NCBI GenBank assembly: GCA_036340075.1
Contig: JAYYZJ010000012.1
Span: forward strand, 32,001 to 96,000
Direction of reading: 5' to 3'
Length of the DNA: 64,000 bases
Origin: Thermodesulfobacteriota bacterium
Lineage (GTDB): Bacteria; Desulfobacterota_D; UBA1144
Both the position numbers and the translations under genes were made by a program. The notes beneath the pieces are model-generated. The model saw only the letters and a program-made list of their open reading frames with translations. It was not told the origin of the DNA and did no database searches. Of this stretch, positions 39,082-49,182 are shown one piece after another (position 1 is the stretch's first letter; each line of letters begins with the position of its first letter).

Positions 39082-40805
39082 ATTTAGACTTTTTTACAGT
39101 TTTATCAGATTTTGATTTAGCAATAATTGCAGCCTATTTAATTCTTTCTTGTTTAATTGGGATTTATCTTAAGAAGCAAGCTTCGAAGAATTTGAATTCA
39201 TATTTTGTATCTGGAAAAAACCTTCCTTGGTGGCTACTGGGAACTTCTATGGTCGCAACTACACTTTCTATAGATACTCCTATAGTGGTTATTTCTTGGA
39301 TAAGAGATCCAGGTATTTGGAAAAACTGGTTTTGGTGGTCATTTCTTTTTACGCATTGTCTTGTAATATTCTTTTTTTCAAAATATTGGAGGAGAGCTGA
39401 TGTAATAACCGACAACCAACTTATTGAGATTCGATACTCAGGAACCCCGGCCAAATACTTAAGGATATTTAAGGCATTTTATTTTTCTACTTTTTTTAAT
39501 CTTGTAATTGCAGGTTGGATTATTAGCGCATTTTTAAAAATTTTTAATACTATACTAGGTTTTGATAGTACATTATTATTGGTAATAGTTACTTTTGTTG
39601 CTCTATTCTACACAACATCTTCTGGGTTAAAAGGAGTTGTAATTAATGATTTTATTCAATATTTTATTGCATTCGTAGGATCAATTATTCTTGCCGTTTG
39701 CTTAATTAATTCACCAGAAATCGGTGGGATTAATAATTATTTTCAATTAGTTAAGAACATACCGGAAGAGAAACTTATGATGATTCCTTCATTGTTTGGA
39801 AATGATGATTTTATGACTTTTCTGATTTATGGAACAATTGTTTGGTGGTCTTCTCATAATTCAGATGGAGGAGGGTATATAATTCAAAGATTATGTTCCG
39901 CAAGATCAGAGAAAGATGGAGCACTAGGATCAATTTGGTTTGTTTTGAATCATTATGTTTTAAGATTCGCACCTTGGCTTCTTATCGGCATCTGTACTTT
40001 GATAATTTTCCCATTACCTGATAGTGGAAATATAGACAATGAAACTATGTATCCACTTTTAATTAGAGACTATGTAGAAGGTGGTTTAAGGGGATTCTTG
40101 ATAGTTACTTTATTGGCTGCGTATATGTCAACAATTAGTACTCAGGTGAATTGGGGCTCTTCTTATTTGATAAATGATTTGTATAAGAGATTTTATAAAA
40201 AAAATGAGTCTGAATCACACTATGTTTATATGTCAAAAGTTTTTACAGTATTGTTTCTTTTTATTGCGTTAATGGTAGGTCTCTATATAGACAATATAGG
40301 AAAAGCTTGGGTATTGCTCTGGAGTGTTAGTTCGGGACTTGGCTTTTTCTTAATTGCCAGATGGTTCTGGTGGAGAATTAACTCTTGGTCAGAAATCTCA
40401 GCTCTTGTGTCCTCAGTTTTATTTAGCATAGGGTTTTATCTTTTAGATGCATTTGAGATTGTAACAATAAGTTTTTTTAGTAAAATTCTTATAATTCCTT
40501 TTTCAATCTTGATTGGATTATGTGTGACACTATTTACGAAACCAGAAAGTCATGAAACATTAGAAAGATTTTACAACAAAATTAATCCCGCAGGCTGTTG
40601 GGGCTTTAATAAGAAATCTAAAGAATTAAAAAAAGAAAAAATTCTATATCCTTTAATTCAATCAGCTTTTCTTGCAAGCTCTATTTTGTTTATGATTTAC
40701 GGGTTGATTAAATTTATTTCAGGGGAATTAACCCTTTCATTAATTTCATTTGTTGTGGGGATGTTAATTCTAATTGTATTAACACGGAAGATTTATTTGT
40801 CTTAG
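39078..40805 (+). CDS. Sodium:solute symporter family transporter
   Basis: YFVSGKNLPWW, SMVATT, YIIQR and LAAYMST SSS motifs; many TM segments; ATGA overlap with nagZ. Confidence 0.9.
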   Translation: MNLDFFTVLSDFDLAIIAAYLILSCLIGIYLKKQASKNLNSYFVSGKNLPWWLLGTSMVATTLSIDTPIVVISWIRDPGIWKNWFWWSFLFTHCLVIFFFSKYWRRADVITDNQLIEIRYSGTPAKYLRIFKAFYFSTFFNLVIAGWIISAFLKIFNTILGFDSTLLLVIVTFVALFYTTSSGLKGVVINDFIQYFIAFVGSIILAVCLINSPEIGGINNYFQLVKNIPEEKLMMIPSLFGNDDFMTFLIYGTIVWWSSHNSDGGGYIIQRLCSARSEKDGALGSIWFVLNHYVLRFAPWLLIGICTLIIFPLPDSGNIDNETMYPLLIRDYVEGGLRGFLIVTLLAAYMSTISTQVNWGSSYLINDLYKRFYKKNESESHYVYMSKVFTVLFLFIALMVGLYIDNIGKAWVLLWSVSSGLGFFLIARWFWWRINSWSEISALVSSVLFSIGFYLLDAFEIVTISFFSKILIIPFSILIGLCVTLFTKPESHETLERFYNKINPAGCWGFNKKSKELKKEKILYPLIQSAFLASSILFMIYGLIKFISGELTLSLISFVVGMLILIVLTRKIYLS

Positions 40806-40808
40806 TTT

Positions 40809-41132
40809 TTAAACTGCGAAGGAATCGCCGCAACCACATCTTGCAGTTGCATTTGGATTTTCTATACCAAATCCTGAACCGTTAATACCATCAGTGAAAT
40901 TTAAAACCCCGCCATTTAAATGTTCAAAGCTAAATTTATCAATTACAACTTTTACGTTTAACTTGTCAAAAACCTGATCTGACTCATCTATTTCATCGTC
41001 AAAACCCATTTCATAAGAAAAACCTGAACATCCACCTGGAACTACTCTAATTCGAAGAAAAGCATTTTCCATTTCTTCGTCTTTCAATAGTCTGTCTATC
41101 TCTTTAGCTGCTTTATCACTTACATTAAACAT
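40809..41132 (-). CDS. A-type Fe-S carrier (ErpA/IscA/HesB)
   Basis: GGCSGFSY and NPNA..RCGCGDSF. Confidence 0.94.
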   Translation of the reverse strand: MFNVSDKAAKEIDRLLKDEEMENAFLRIRVVPGGCSGFSYEMGFDDEIDESDQVFDKLNVKVVIDKFSFEHLNGGVLNFTDGINGSGFGIENPNATARCGCGDSFAV

Positions 41133-41139
41133 AGTTATT

Positions 41140-41168
41140 ATCTTAAATAAAAGTCAATCTCTTATCAA
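41140..41168 (-). promoter_or_regulatory. Promoter for probable leaderless erpA/iscA mRNA
   Basis: TTGATA-17 nt-TAAGAT-7 nt-ATG, with no SD. Confidence 0.6.
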
Positions 41169-41210
41169 CAATTTTTTCTTTATGAATAAATCCTGTATAT
41201 TAGTCAATAA

Positions 41211-42320
41211 ATGAAAGTAGCAAAACTAATATACGATGATACAAAAAATTCATCCGACCTATTATATAGGACTTCTTTTAAGGCCCCAGATCCAGTATTA
41301 TTTTTTGAATTTAATAACAAAAAATATCTTGTATTAAATGATTTAGAACTAGAAAGAGGCAAGAAACAAGCAAAAGTAGATCAAATTTTACCATTAAATG
41401 AGATTTCTAGAACTATAAAAAGTAACAATATAGAGAAAATAATTTTTCATTTGTTAAGACAATTCAAGATTAAAAAAATAGAAGTTCCATATAATTTTCC
41501 TGCATTTATTTATCAAGGATTGTTAAAGAAAAAAATTAAAGTAGTGCCTTCAAAATCACCAATCTTTTTTTCTTCTCGAATCATTAAATCTAAAACAGAG
41601 ATTCAAAATATTACTAAAGTTATGAGATGTGCAGAAAAAGCAATGAAAGCAGTAATTGATAAAATAAAATATTCAAAATCCAGAAATAAAATTTTACGTA
41701 TTGATGGAAAAATAGTTAGTTCAGAATTTCTAAAAGATGTATGTCAAAAAGAATTGTTATCTTTTGGACTTGAGTGTCCAGATTGTATTATTTCATCTGG
41801 CCCTCATTCATCGCTTCCTCACCATTCAGGAAGTGGACCAATAAAAGAAAGCCAGCCAATAATCATTGATATTTTTCCTAGAGATTTAAATACTGGTTAT
41901 TTTGGAGATATGACTAGAACAGTAGTTAAAGGAGCTCCAAGTAAAAAATTGTACGATATGTACAGAGCAGTTTTAAAGGGTCAGAAATTAGGATTGTCTT
42001 TAATTAAATCTGGTGCAAAGGGTAAGACTATACATAATTCTATTAACAATCTCTTTATTAATCTTGGATTTGATTCTAAATATATAAAAGGCAGTCCAGA
42101 AGGCTTTATTCATTCTACAGGACATGGCCTAGGATTAGATATACATGAGCCCCCACGAATATCTACGGGAGATGATGTATTGAAAAAAAATTATGTGGTA
42201 ACAGTAGAACCAGGTTTGTATTATAGTAATATTGGGGGAGTTAGAATAGAAGATACGGTTTTGATTACTAATGATGGATTTAAAAATTTAACAAAATTTT
42301 CAAAGAATTTAAAACTTTAG
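41211..42320 (+). CDS. M24 family Xaa-Pro peptidase
   Basis: PHH, DIFP, GDMTRT, HSTGHGLGLDIHE, EPGLY and RIED. Confidence 0.92.
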   Translation: MKVAKLIYDDTKNSSDLLYRTSFKAPDPVLFFEFNNKKYLVLNDLELERGKKQAKVDQILPLNEISRTIKSNNIEKIIFHLLRQFKIKKIEVPYNFPAFIYQGLLKKKIKVVPSKSPIFFSSRIIKSKTEIQNITKVMRCAEKAMKAVIDKIKYSKSRNKILRIDGKIVSSEFLKDVCQKELLSFGLECPDCIISSGPHSSLPHHSGSGPIKESQPIIIDIFPRDLNTGYFGDMTRTVVKGAPSKKLYDMYRAVLKGQKLGLSLIKSGAKGKTIHNSINNLFINLGFDSKYIKGSPEGFIHSTGHGLGLDIHEPPRISTGDDVLKKNYVVTVEPGLYYSNIGGVRIEDTVLITNDGFKNLTKFSKNLKL

Positions 42321-42321
42321 T

Positions 42322-43080
42322 ATGAAAGAAAAATTTAATGATTTAGTAAAGATAACAAAAAGATTACGAAGTAAAGATGGATGCCCATGGGACAAAGAGC
42401 AGACTTTTGAGTCACTACGTTCTCACCTTATAGAAGAATCGTATGAAGTGATATCAGCAATTAACGAAAAAGATTATATTAATTTAAATGAGGAACTAGG
42501 GGATATTCTGTTGCAAATATTGTTAATTTCAAATATAGCTGAAGAAGAAAATATCTTTACAATTGAACAAGTAATTGAGAAACTCTCAGAAAAACTAATC
42601 AGAAGACATCCACATGTGTTTGGAGATAGGACTGCAAAAAATTCAGATGATGCAAAAAAAATATGGGAAGAACAAAAGAATAGAGAATCAAACCAAACAA
42701 AATCTCCTAGATCGAAATCTTTTCCATCTTTGATACGAGCTGTAGAGATATCAAAGTATTATTCTAAAGCAAGCAATCTAGACTGGGAATCTTCTTCTGA
42801 TTTACTTCAAGTTTTAGATGATGAAAAAAATGAATTACAGGCTGTACTCAAAAAAGGGAATGAAAAAGAAATTGAGGAAGAATTAGGAGACGTGCTTTTT
42901 ACAATCGCAAATCTTTGCAGAAAGGAAAACATAAATCCTGAGATAGCGCTTAACGAAAGTTCAGATAAATTTGTAAAAAGGGCTGATGTTTTTTTGAAGC
43001 TTCGTAGTGAACTGCCAGATCTATCCGAGGATGAATTATGGGACAAAGCTAAATCAATCACTAAGAAAAGTAGTAAGTAA
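42322..43080 (+). CDS. mazG: Nucleoside triphosphate pyrophosphohydrolase MazG
   Basis: LR..DGCPWD.EQT, EELGD (twice) and RRHPHVF. Confidence 0.94.
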   Translation: MKEKFNDLVKITKRLRSKDGCPWDKEQTFESLRSHLIEESYEVISAINEKDYINLNEELGDILLQILLISNIAEEENIFTIEQVIEKLSEKLIRRHPHVFGDRTAKNSDDAKKIWEEQKNRESNQTKSPRSKSFPSLIRAVEISKYYSKASNLDWESSSDLLQVLDDEKNELQAVLKKGNEKEIEEELGDVLFTIANLCRKENINPEIALNESSDKFVKRADVFLKLRSELPDLSEDELWDKAKSITKKSSK

Positions 43081-44253
43081 AGTATGACCTTCATCTATTT
43101 TTAAATTTGCTTGATTGGCATTTTTTTCATTAAATTTTGTTTCCTTATGATTGTTAATTGATTTCCTTGAATCATATATCATGAAAGGAACGTATTCGTA
43201 GCTATGTGTTCTTAATTCTATAGGTGTTGGATGATCTGAAACAATACAGATTTTAAATTCTTTAAATTTTTCTTTTAAACCTTTAATTAGTGGGGAAATG
43301 ACTTTTTCATCCAAATCTTCGACAGCTTTGATTTTCTTTCTAACATCACCTTCGTGTCCTGTTTCATCTGGGGCTTCTATATGAATCATACTAAAGTCAT
43401 GCTTAGTCAAGCTACTTAATACTGCTTCGACCTTACCCTTGTAGTTTGTATCTAAATATCCTGTTGCCCCATCAACATTTATTACATCAAGACCAGCACA
43501 TTTACCAATTCCTTTTACTAAATCAACAGCAGAAATAATTGATCCGGTAATTTTATTAATTGATTCAAAGCTTGGCAAAATAGTTTTCTTACCTTGACCC
43601 CATAGCCATATATTGTTGCAAGGAAGATCCTTATACTCTATATTGGATTTTTTAAATTCTTGTATCTTAATTTTTGCTTTTTGCATTATCTTAATCAATT
43701 TTTCTGATTCAGGACCCTTCGGTTTAAAATTTTTAATATTTTTTCCTGTTATATCATGAGGTGGAACTGTTATTGGCGAAAGGCTCCCACCTTTCCACAC
43801 AAGGATATGACGATAGCTAACACCAGAAAAAAGTTCAAAAATTTCATCATTTATTGATTCTTTAAGGAAATCAATAAGTTTTTTTGCCACTGAGTCTTTA
43901 ATATGACCAGCTGAATAATCTTCCATTATTTCATTTTCTTTATTTTTTGATATTAATACCAAGTTGCATCTATAAGTAATGTCCGTGCTTCCTAATTCAA
44001 GACCTAAGCTAGAAGCCTCTAGAGGCGATCTTCCAGTAAAGAAATCTTTTGGGTTATACCCAAGAACACTTAAATTACCTACGTCACTTCCAGAATCGAA
44101 ACCTTTTGGTATATGATTGACTGTGCCAATAATAGCATCCTTTGCTAACTCATCTATAAATGGTGTGTTAGCAAATTCCAGAGGAGTTTGATTGTCAATC
44201 TCAGCTATTGGCCTATCAGGCATTCCATCTGCTTGTACTAATACATATTTCAA
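43054..44253 (-). CDS. apgM: Cofactor-independent phosphoglycerate mutase, ApgM (archaeal-type) family
   Basis: DGMPD, TPLE.A.TP, GSDVGNL, GRSPLEA, EAPDETGH and SDHPTP..RTH. TTG 44253 is preceded by GGAG. Confidence 0.88.
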   Translation of the reverse strand: MKYVLVQADGMPDRPIAEIDNQTPLEFANTPFIDELAKDAIIGTVNHIPKGFDSGSDVGNLSVLGYNPKDFFTGRSPLEASSLGLELGSTDITYRCNLVLISKNKENEIMEDYSAGHIKDSVAKKLIDFLKESINDEIFELFSGVSYRHILVWKGGSLSPITVPPHDITGKNIKNFKPKGPESEKLIKIMQKAKIKIQEFKKSNIEYKDLPCNNIWLWGQGKKTILPSFESINKITGSIISAVDLVKGIGKCAGLDVINVDGATGYLDTNYKGKVEAVLSSLTKHDFSMIHIEAPDETGHEGDVRKKIKAVEDLDEKVISPLIKGLKEKFKEFKICIVSDHPTPIELRTHSYEYVPFMIYDSRKSINNHKETKFNEKNANQANLKIDEGHTLLTTFLSD

Positions 44254-44254
44254 T

Positions 44255-45181
44255 TTACTTTTCTCCACACTCAATATTGTTCTCTATATTCATCAATTGG
44301 CTTTCAGCATGATATGAGCTTCTTACCATTGGTCCGCATTCCACAGATTTAATATGAGGCTTTTTGCTTGCATAATTCTTAATATTTTTAAACTCAGCTA
44401 GGGTGTAAAATTTTTTTACTTTTATATGTTCTTTAGTAGGCTGTAGGTATTGACCAACTGTAACCAAATCGCAACCAGCTTGATTAAGGTCATCTATTAA
44501 TGTTTGTATTTCTTTTTTTGTTTCCCCAACACCAACCATGAATCCAGATTTGACCACAATTTTAGAATTCTTTTTAAAATATTTTAATAAGTTTATCGAT
44601 CTATTGTAATCAGCCTGAGGTCGCATTGCTCTCATTCGCGAACTACCAGTTTCTTGTTTTAAACTATACAATCTTTGAATTGTTTCAATATTGTGATTTA
44701 AAACATCAGGATTTGCTGCGATGATAATATCAAATGCTTTCTTGTCCCCAAGAAAATCAGGTATTAACACCTCAACTTTAATACCCAATTTTAATTTTCT
44801 TATCTCATTAATGCAGTTTGCAAAGATATTTGCACTTTCTAAATTTTTATTATCCCTATTAACAGAAGTTAAAACTATATGATTTATTAATGCATTATTT
44901 TTTTTTAAATCTAATATTCCTCTAGCCAACCGTTTTGGCTCAAGATAATCTATTAATCCTCCATTACCAGTTTTAACAGCACAGAAACCACAACTTCTTG
45001 TACATGTGTCACCTAGTATCATGAAGGTAAGTGTCCCTAAAGACCAACACTCTCCTAAGTTTGGACAATTTGCTTCTTCACATACCGTATGAAGTCTATT
45101 TCTTGCGACAATTCCTTTTAAAGTTTTAAAATTATTTCCAAAAGGAATCTTTGATCTTATCCATCTCGGTTTTCTAATCAA
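44255..45181 (-). CDS. lipA: Lipoyl synthase
   Basis: CEEANCPNLGEC, CTRSCGFC and RSSY. Confidence 0.96.
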   Translation of the reverse strand: MIRKPRWIRSKIPFGNNFKTLKGIVARNRLHTVCEEANCPNLGECWSLGTLTFMILGDTCTRSCGFCAVKTGNGGLIDYLEPKRLARGILDLKKNNALINHIVLTSVNRDNKNLESANIFANCINEIRKLKLGIKVEVLIPDFLGDKKAFDIIIAANPDVLNHNIETIQRLYSLKQETGSSRMRAMRPQADYNRSINLLKYFKKNSKIVVKSGFMVGVGETKKEIQTLIDDLNQAGCDLVTVGQYLQPTKEHIKVKKFYTLAEFKNIKNYASKKPHIKSVECGPMVRSSYHAESQLMNIENNIECGEK

Positions 45182-45185
45182 ATTT

Positions 45186-45479
45186 CTATTTAACCTCTTT
45201 AGTTTTTTCAGCTTTCTCTAAATAATTAATCTTTTTTTGCAATTGGTTAATTTTAAAGCTCTTTGATATTGAACTAAAACCCATAGTTATTATGCAAATG
45301 AATACTCCGAGCAAGAAAGCTACAGCTAGCAGCAAAGAATTTGTAATAGTCTTGTTTTCAAAAGAAACAACTTTAATATTTAAATTGACAATGTATTCAC
45401 TTAAAAAAATCTGTTGATTTTGAAAAATAAAAATGATTGTCATTAAAAATAACAAAGATACTAAAATTGCTTTAAGCAT
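45186..45479 (-). CDS. LapA (DUF1049) family membrane protein
   Basis: TM-FQNQ-TM-coiled coil; position downstream of sppA. Confidence 0.65.
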   Translation of the reverse strand: MLKAILVSLLFLMTIIFIFQNQQIFLSEYIVNLNIKVVSFENKTITNSLLLAVAFLLGVFICIITMGFSSISKSFKINQLQKKINYLEKAEKTKEVK

Positions 45480-45503
45480 GATATTTAGATGATTTTAACA
45501 TAT

Positions 45504-46346
45504 TTACAAACTTGAGTTATAAAGATAATAAAGTTTTTCAAAATATTCGCTTTTTATTTCAGGAATAATTTTGTCTAATAGCTTCTCTTTCTTTTTTGGA
45601 AAATATTCTATATCTAAATCTTCTAATTCTAGGATGTCTTCAATGTATTTAATTGCAGATTCAAGTCCACCAGTAGCATCAACTAGCTTTAATTTCTTAG
45701 CTTGGTTACCAGAGAAAATTCTTCCATCTGCCACCAATTCTATTTCTTTTTCAGATAATTTTCTTCTATCTTTCACTACTTGCTTGAACTGTGAATGAAC
45801 ATCTTCAATAATCAGACTAAGTATTTTCTTTTCATCTTCAGTGAGTTCTCTCCTAGGTGTTCCAATATCTTTTAATTCCCCGGATTTAACAACCTCTATA
45901 TTAACCTTAAGATACTTAATTAATTTTGATAAATCATAATATTGAGTGATTACACCAATGCTTCCTGTTATAGATCCAGGATTAGCAAAAATATAAGAAC
46001 TTCCACATGCAATCATGTATCCTCCAGAAGCTCCGATATCAACTATACTTGATACTACAAGTTTGGATTCGTTAAGATTGATTAAAGAATTATAAATTTC
46101 TTGAGATGAGCCAACTGTGCCACCAGGAGAATCGATTCTAATTATTACAGCCTTTATAGATTCATCATCCAAAAATTCCTCGATACTTTTTAAATATGCC
46201 TTAGGACTCCTAATCACCCCGGTTATTTCAAGAACAGCAATTTTATTGGGAGGATTTATAGTCAGAAATGCACTATATATAAATGTACAAAGAACGATTA
46301 GGATTAGAGCATTTTTTACACTTATCTTTTTAATTATATCTTTCAT
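45504..46346 (-). CDS. sppA: Signal peptide peptidase SppA (short type)
   Basis: IDSPGG, GASGGY, TGSIGV, KSGELKD and DGRIFSG. Confidence 0.93.
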   Translation of the reverse strand: MKDIIKKISVKNALILIVLCTFIYSAFLTINPPNKIAVLEITGVIRSPKAYLKSIEEFLDDESIKAVIIRIDSPGGTVGSSQEIYNSLINLNESKLVVSSIVDIGASGGYMIACGSSYIFANPGSITGSIGVITQYYDLSKLIKYLKVNIEVVKSGELKDIGTPRRELTEDEKKILSLIIEDVHSQFKQVVKDRRKLSEKEIELVADGRIFSGNQAKKLKLVDATGGLESAIKYIEDILELEDLDIEYFPKKKEKLLDKIIPEIKSEYFEKLYYLYNSSL

Positions 46347-47190
46347 GTAGAACCTCATCGATTGTCTGTTTTATCAGCCAAGGAGGTGTTGATGCACCAG
46401 CACTAATTCCAATAATTTTATCTCTAAGATTTAGATTTAAACCCTTAATTTCTTTAAAAGTTTCTATTTGATATGTGAGAGAATTTACTTGTTTGCATAA
46501 TTCGGCAATCTCTCTAGTATTAGAACTATTTTTTCCACCAATTACCAACATAATATCAACATCTTTTGCAATTTCTTTAGATTCCATCTGTTTATTGTGT
46601 ATGTCATCACACAATGTATCTATTACTTTAACTTCAAATTCTTTCAATGGTTTTAAAAGACTAACAACATCCCAAAAAGTTTCCATTGGAATCGTGGTTT
46701 GTGCAACAAGACCAATTTTCTTACAATTTAATTGATTAATAATTAATTCGTCTTTATTTTTAATAACTAAGCAATTGTCTTTAGCGTAACTTTTTGCACC
46801 TATTATCTCAGGATGATTTTCATTGCCTACTATAAGGACAAAATAATCATCTTCAGATAATGATTTAACAGCGAATTGGAGCCTTTTGACTATAGGACAA
46901 GTCATATCAACAACATTCAAAGAAGAATTATTTAGATTCTCTTCTTCATAATTAGGTATTCCGTGAGCTCTAATAATTACTGTTCCCTTTTCATTTTTTT
47001 CAATTTTGTTAATTACAGACAAGCCTTTGTTATTAAGAATCTCTACCATTTGGGGATTATGAATTAGTGGGCCAAAGGATTTTACTTCTTCGTTCTTATT
47101 TTTATCAAGTATATTCTCAGCTTCGGATACAGCATCTTCTACTCCAAAGCATACACCAGCACTATCAGCAATAATTAGTTTTTTAGGCAT
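46330..47190 (-). CDS. ispH: HMBPP reductase
   Basis: GVCFGV, IHN, RAHG, TCP, HPE, QTT, TLC, SSN and AGASTP. Confidence 0.95.
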   Translation of the reverse strand: MPKKLIIADSAGVCFGVEDAVSEAENILDKNKNEEVKSFGPLIHNPQMVEILNNKGLSVINKIEKNEKGTVIIRAHGIPNYEEENLNNSSLNVVDMTCPIVKRLQFAVKSLSEDDYFVLIVGNENHPEIIGAKSYAKDNCLVIKNKDELIINQLNCKKIGLVAQTTIPMETFWDVVSLLKPLKEFEVKVIDTLCDDIHNKQMESKEIAKDVDIMLVIGGKNSSNTREIAELCKQVNSLTYQIETFKEIKGLNLNLRDKIIGISAGASTPPWLIKQTIDEVLHERYN

Positions 47191-47848
47191 TTTGTTCCAC
47201 TATAGTTTTAATCTTTTTCATTACCTCATTAATACTCAAATCTGATGTATTAATTATCACAGCATCATCAGCTGGATGCAAGGGGCATATATCCCTTGTC
47301 ATATCGAGATTATCTCTTTCGTTAATCTCCTTCAAAACTCTCTCCTCGTTAACATTGATTCCTAGTATTTCTTTTAGTTGCAAAGCCCTTCTCCTTGCTC
47401 TGATTTCTGGACTTGCATCTAGATAGAATTTGTTTTCTGCATAAGGAAATACATAGGTACCCATATCTCTACCTTCAGCAACATAATCCTTGTTTTTTAC
47501 AAGTCTTCTTTGCATTTCCTTTAAAACATTTCTAACAATTTCATTTACTGCAAATTGTGAAGCAAGTTTAGATATCTCATTAGTTCTTATATCATCAGTA
47601 ACATCATCAGTATTGATAAATACCTTTTGAGCATTCTCTTCGTTAACGAATCTTATATGTAAATTGATTAGTATTTTCTTTAATTTCTTACTGTCATCTT
47701 CCGCTGTTACTCCATGTAAATCTGCAAAAAGAGCTAAAGCTCTATACATTGCACCAGAATCCAAGTAATTATAGCCAAGGGATTCTGCTAAAATTTTAGC
47801 CACTGTTCCTTTTCCAACTCCAGAGGGACCGTCAATCGTTATCAACAT
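47183..47848 (-). CDS. cmk: Cytidylate kinase
   Basis: IDGPSGVGKGT, DSGAMYRA and EGRDMGT. Start at MLITID. Confidence 0.96.
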   Translation of the reverse strand: MLITIDGPSGVGKGTVAKILAESLGYNYLDSGAMYRALALFADLHGVTAEDDSKKLKKILINLHIRFVNEENAQKVFINTDDVTDDIRTNEISKLASQFAVNEIVRNVLKEMQRRLVKNKDYVAEGRDMGTYVFPYAENKFYLDASPEIRARRRALQLKEILGINVNEERVLKEINERDNLDMTRDICPLHPADDAVIINTSDLSINEVMKKIKTIVEQNA

Positions 47849-47852
47849 AATT

Positions 47853-49142
47853 CTATTTTTTCTGAAAACCCCCCAAAATTTTAAAGAAATCAGGAAAAGA
47901 AATAGAAACACAATCAACATCATTTATTGTCGTGATACCTCTTGCCTTAGTTGCAGCAACAGCAGCCATCATAGCAATTCTGTGATCTTGATGACTATAG
48001 CAGCTTGCAAATTCTAAATCTTCTTTTCCAATAATTTTTAATCCATCATCAGTTTCGATAATGTCACATCCAAATTTTTTTAACTCAGAGACAATAGATT
48101 TTATTCTATCAGACTCTTTAAATCTTAGTTCAGAAGCTCCTGAAATTATAGATTCACCTTCTGCCAATGCACATGCTAATGAGAGTATTGGTATTTCGTC
48201 TATTAAAGCAGGTATAGATTCTTCAGTAATATTAACTCCTCTTAATTTACTACTTTTCACCGTAATGTCGCCAGTATTTTCTCCATCCATTAAAGTTAAA
48301 TTAGATATCTTAATATCTCCACCCATTCTTTTTAAAATATCTATGAAGTGAATCCTCATAGGGTTTAAACATAAATTTTTTATACAAAGTTCCGCATTCT
48401 TATTAATTAAAGTAGCAACAACAAAGAAAGCAGCAGAAGAAGGGTCTCCAGGTACAGATATTTCTTGTAAATTAATTTTAAGACTGGGTTTTATAATAAT
48501 TTCATCTTCTTCAAATTTTATGTTATCAGTAAAATTCATTAACATTATTTCAGTATGGTCTCTTGATTTTTTTCTATCTTTAAATTTTGTTTGATTTTCT
48601 CCATATAAACCCGCAAGGAGTATTGAAGATTTAACTTGAGCGGACCCTAGATCTAATAGGAATTCTCTACCCTTAATAGTTGATGGTTTTATTTTAATTG
48701 GAAGATAGCCATTATTTGTTGAGATATTTGCACCCATATCTCTAAGAGGCTTTTCTATCCTCTTCATTGGTCTAGTTCGTAAAGAACTATCTCCATCAAG
48801 AATTGACGAAAAAGGTTGACCTACCAGTATTCCCGACAGAAGCCTAGCAGTCGTTCCCGAATTGCCACAATTTAGAATATTCTTTGGAGGAGAAAAACCA
48901 TTGATTCCCTTACTATTAACTATTGTATTGTTGGAATTGTGACTAAATTCTACTCCTAATTGCTCAAAGCAGAACACAGTAGATTGGATATCTTCTGACA
49001 TTAAAACATTGTTAATTTTAGAAATCCCTTCATTTAATGAGCATAAAATAATTGCTCTATGAGATATAGATTTGTCAGCTGGAGGTTCAACTTCTCCACG
49101 AAACAAGTAGTCGCCTCCTTCTATTGTTATACTTTTTCCCAT
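47853..49142 (-). CDS. aroA: EPSP synthase (class II)
   Basis: DKSISHR, GNSGTT, RPM.R, SAQVKS, RDHTE, ELRFKESDR and DHR. Start at MGKSI with AAGGA upstream. Confidence 0.96.
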   Translation of the reverse strand: MGKSITIEGGDYLFRGEVEPPADKSISHRAIILCSLNEGISKINNVLMSEDIQSTVFCFEQLGVEFSHNSNNTIVNSKGINGFSPPKNILNCGNSGTTARLLSGILVGQPFSSILDGDSSLRTRPMKRIEKPLRDMGANISTNNGYLPIKIKPSTIKGREFLLDLGSAQVKSSILLAGLYGENQTKFKDRKKSRDHTEIMLMNFTDNIKFEEDEIIIKPSLKINLQEISVPGDPSSAAFFVVATLINKNAELCIKNLCLNPMRIHFIDILKRMGGDIKISNLTLMDGENTGDITVKSSKLRGVNITEESIPALIDEIPILSLACALAEGESIISGASELRFKESDRIKSIVSELKKFGCDIIETDDGLKIIGKEDLEFASCYSHQDHRIAMMAAVAATKARGITTINDVDCVSISFPDFFKILGGFQKK

Positions 49143-49182
49143 TATTAATCCTTGATACGTTATAATAACCTTAATCACATAC

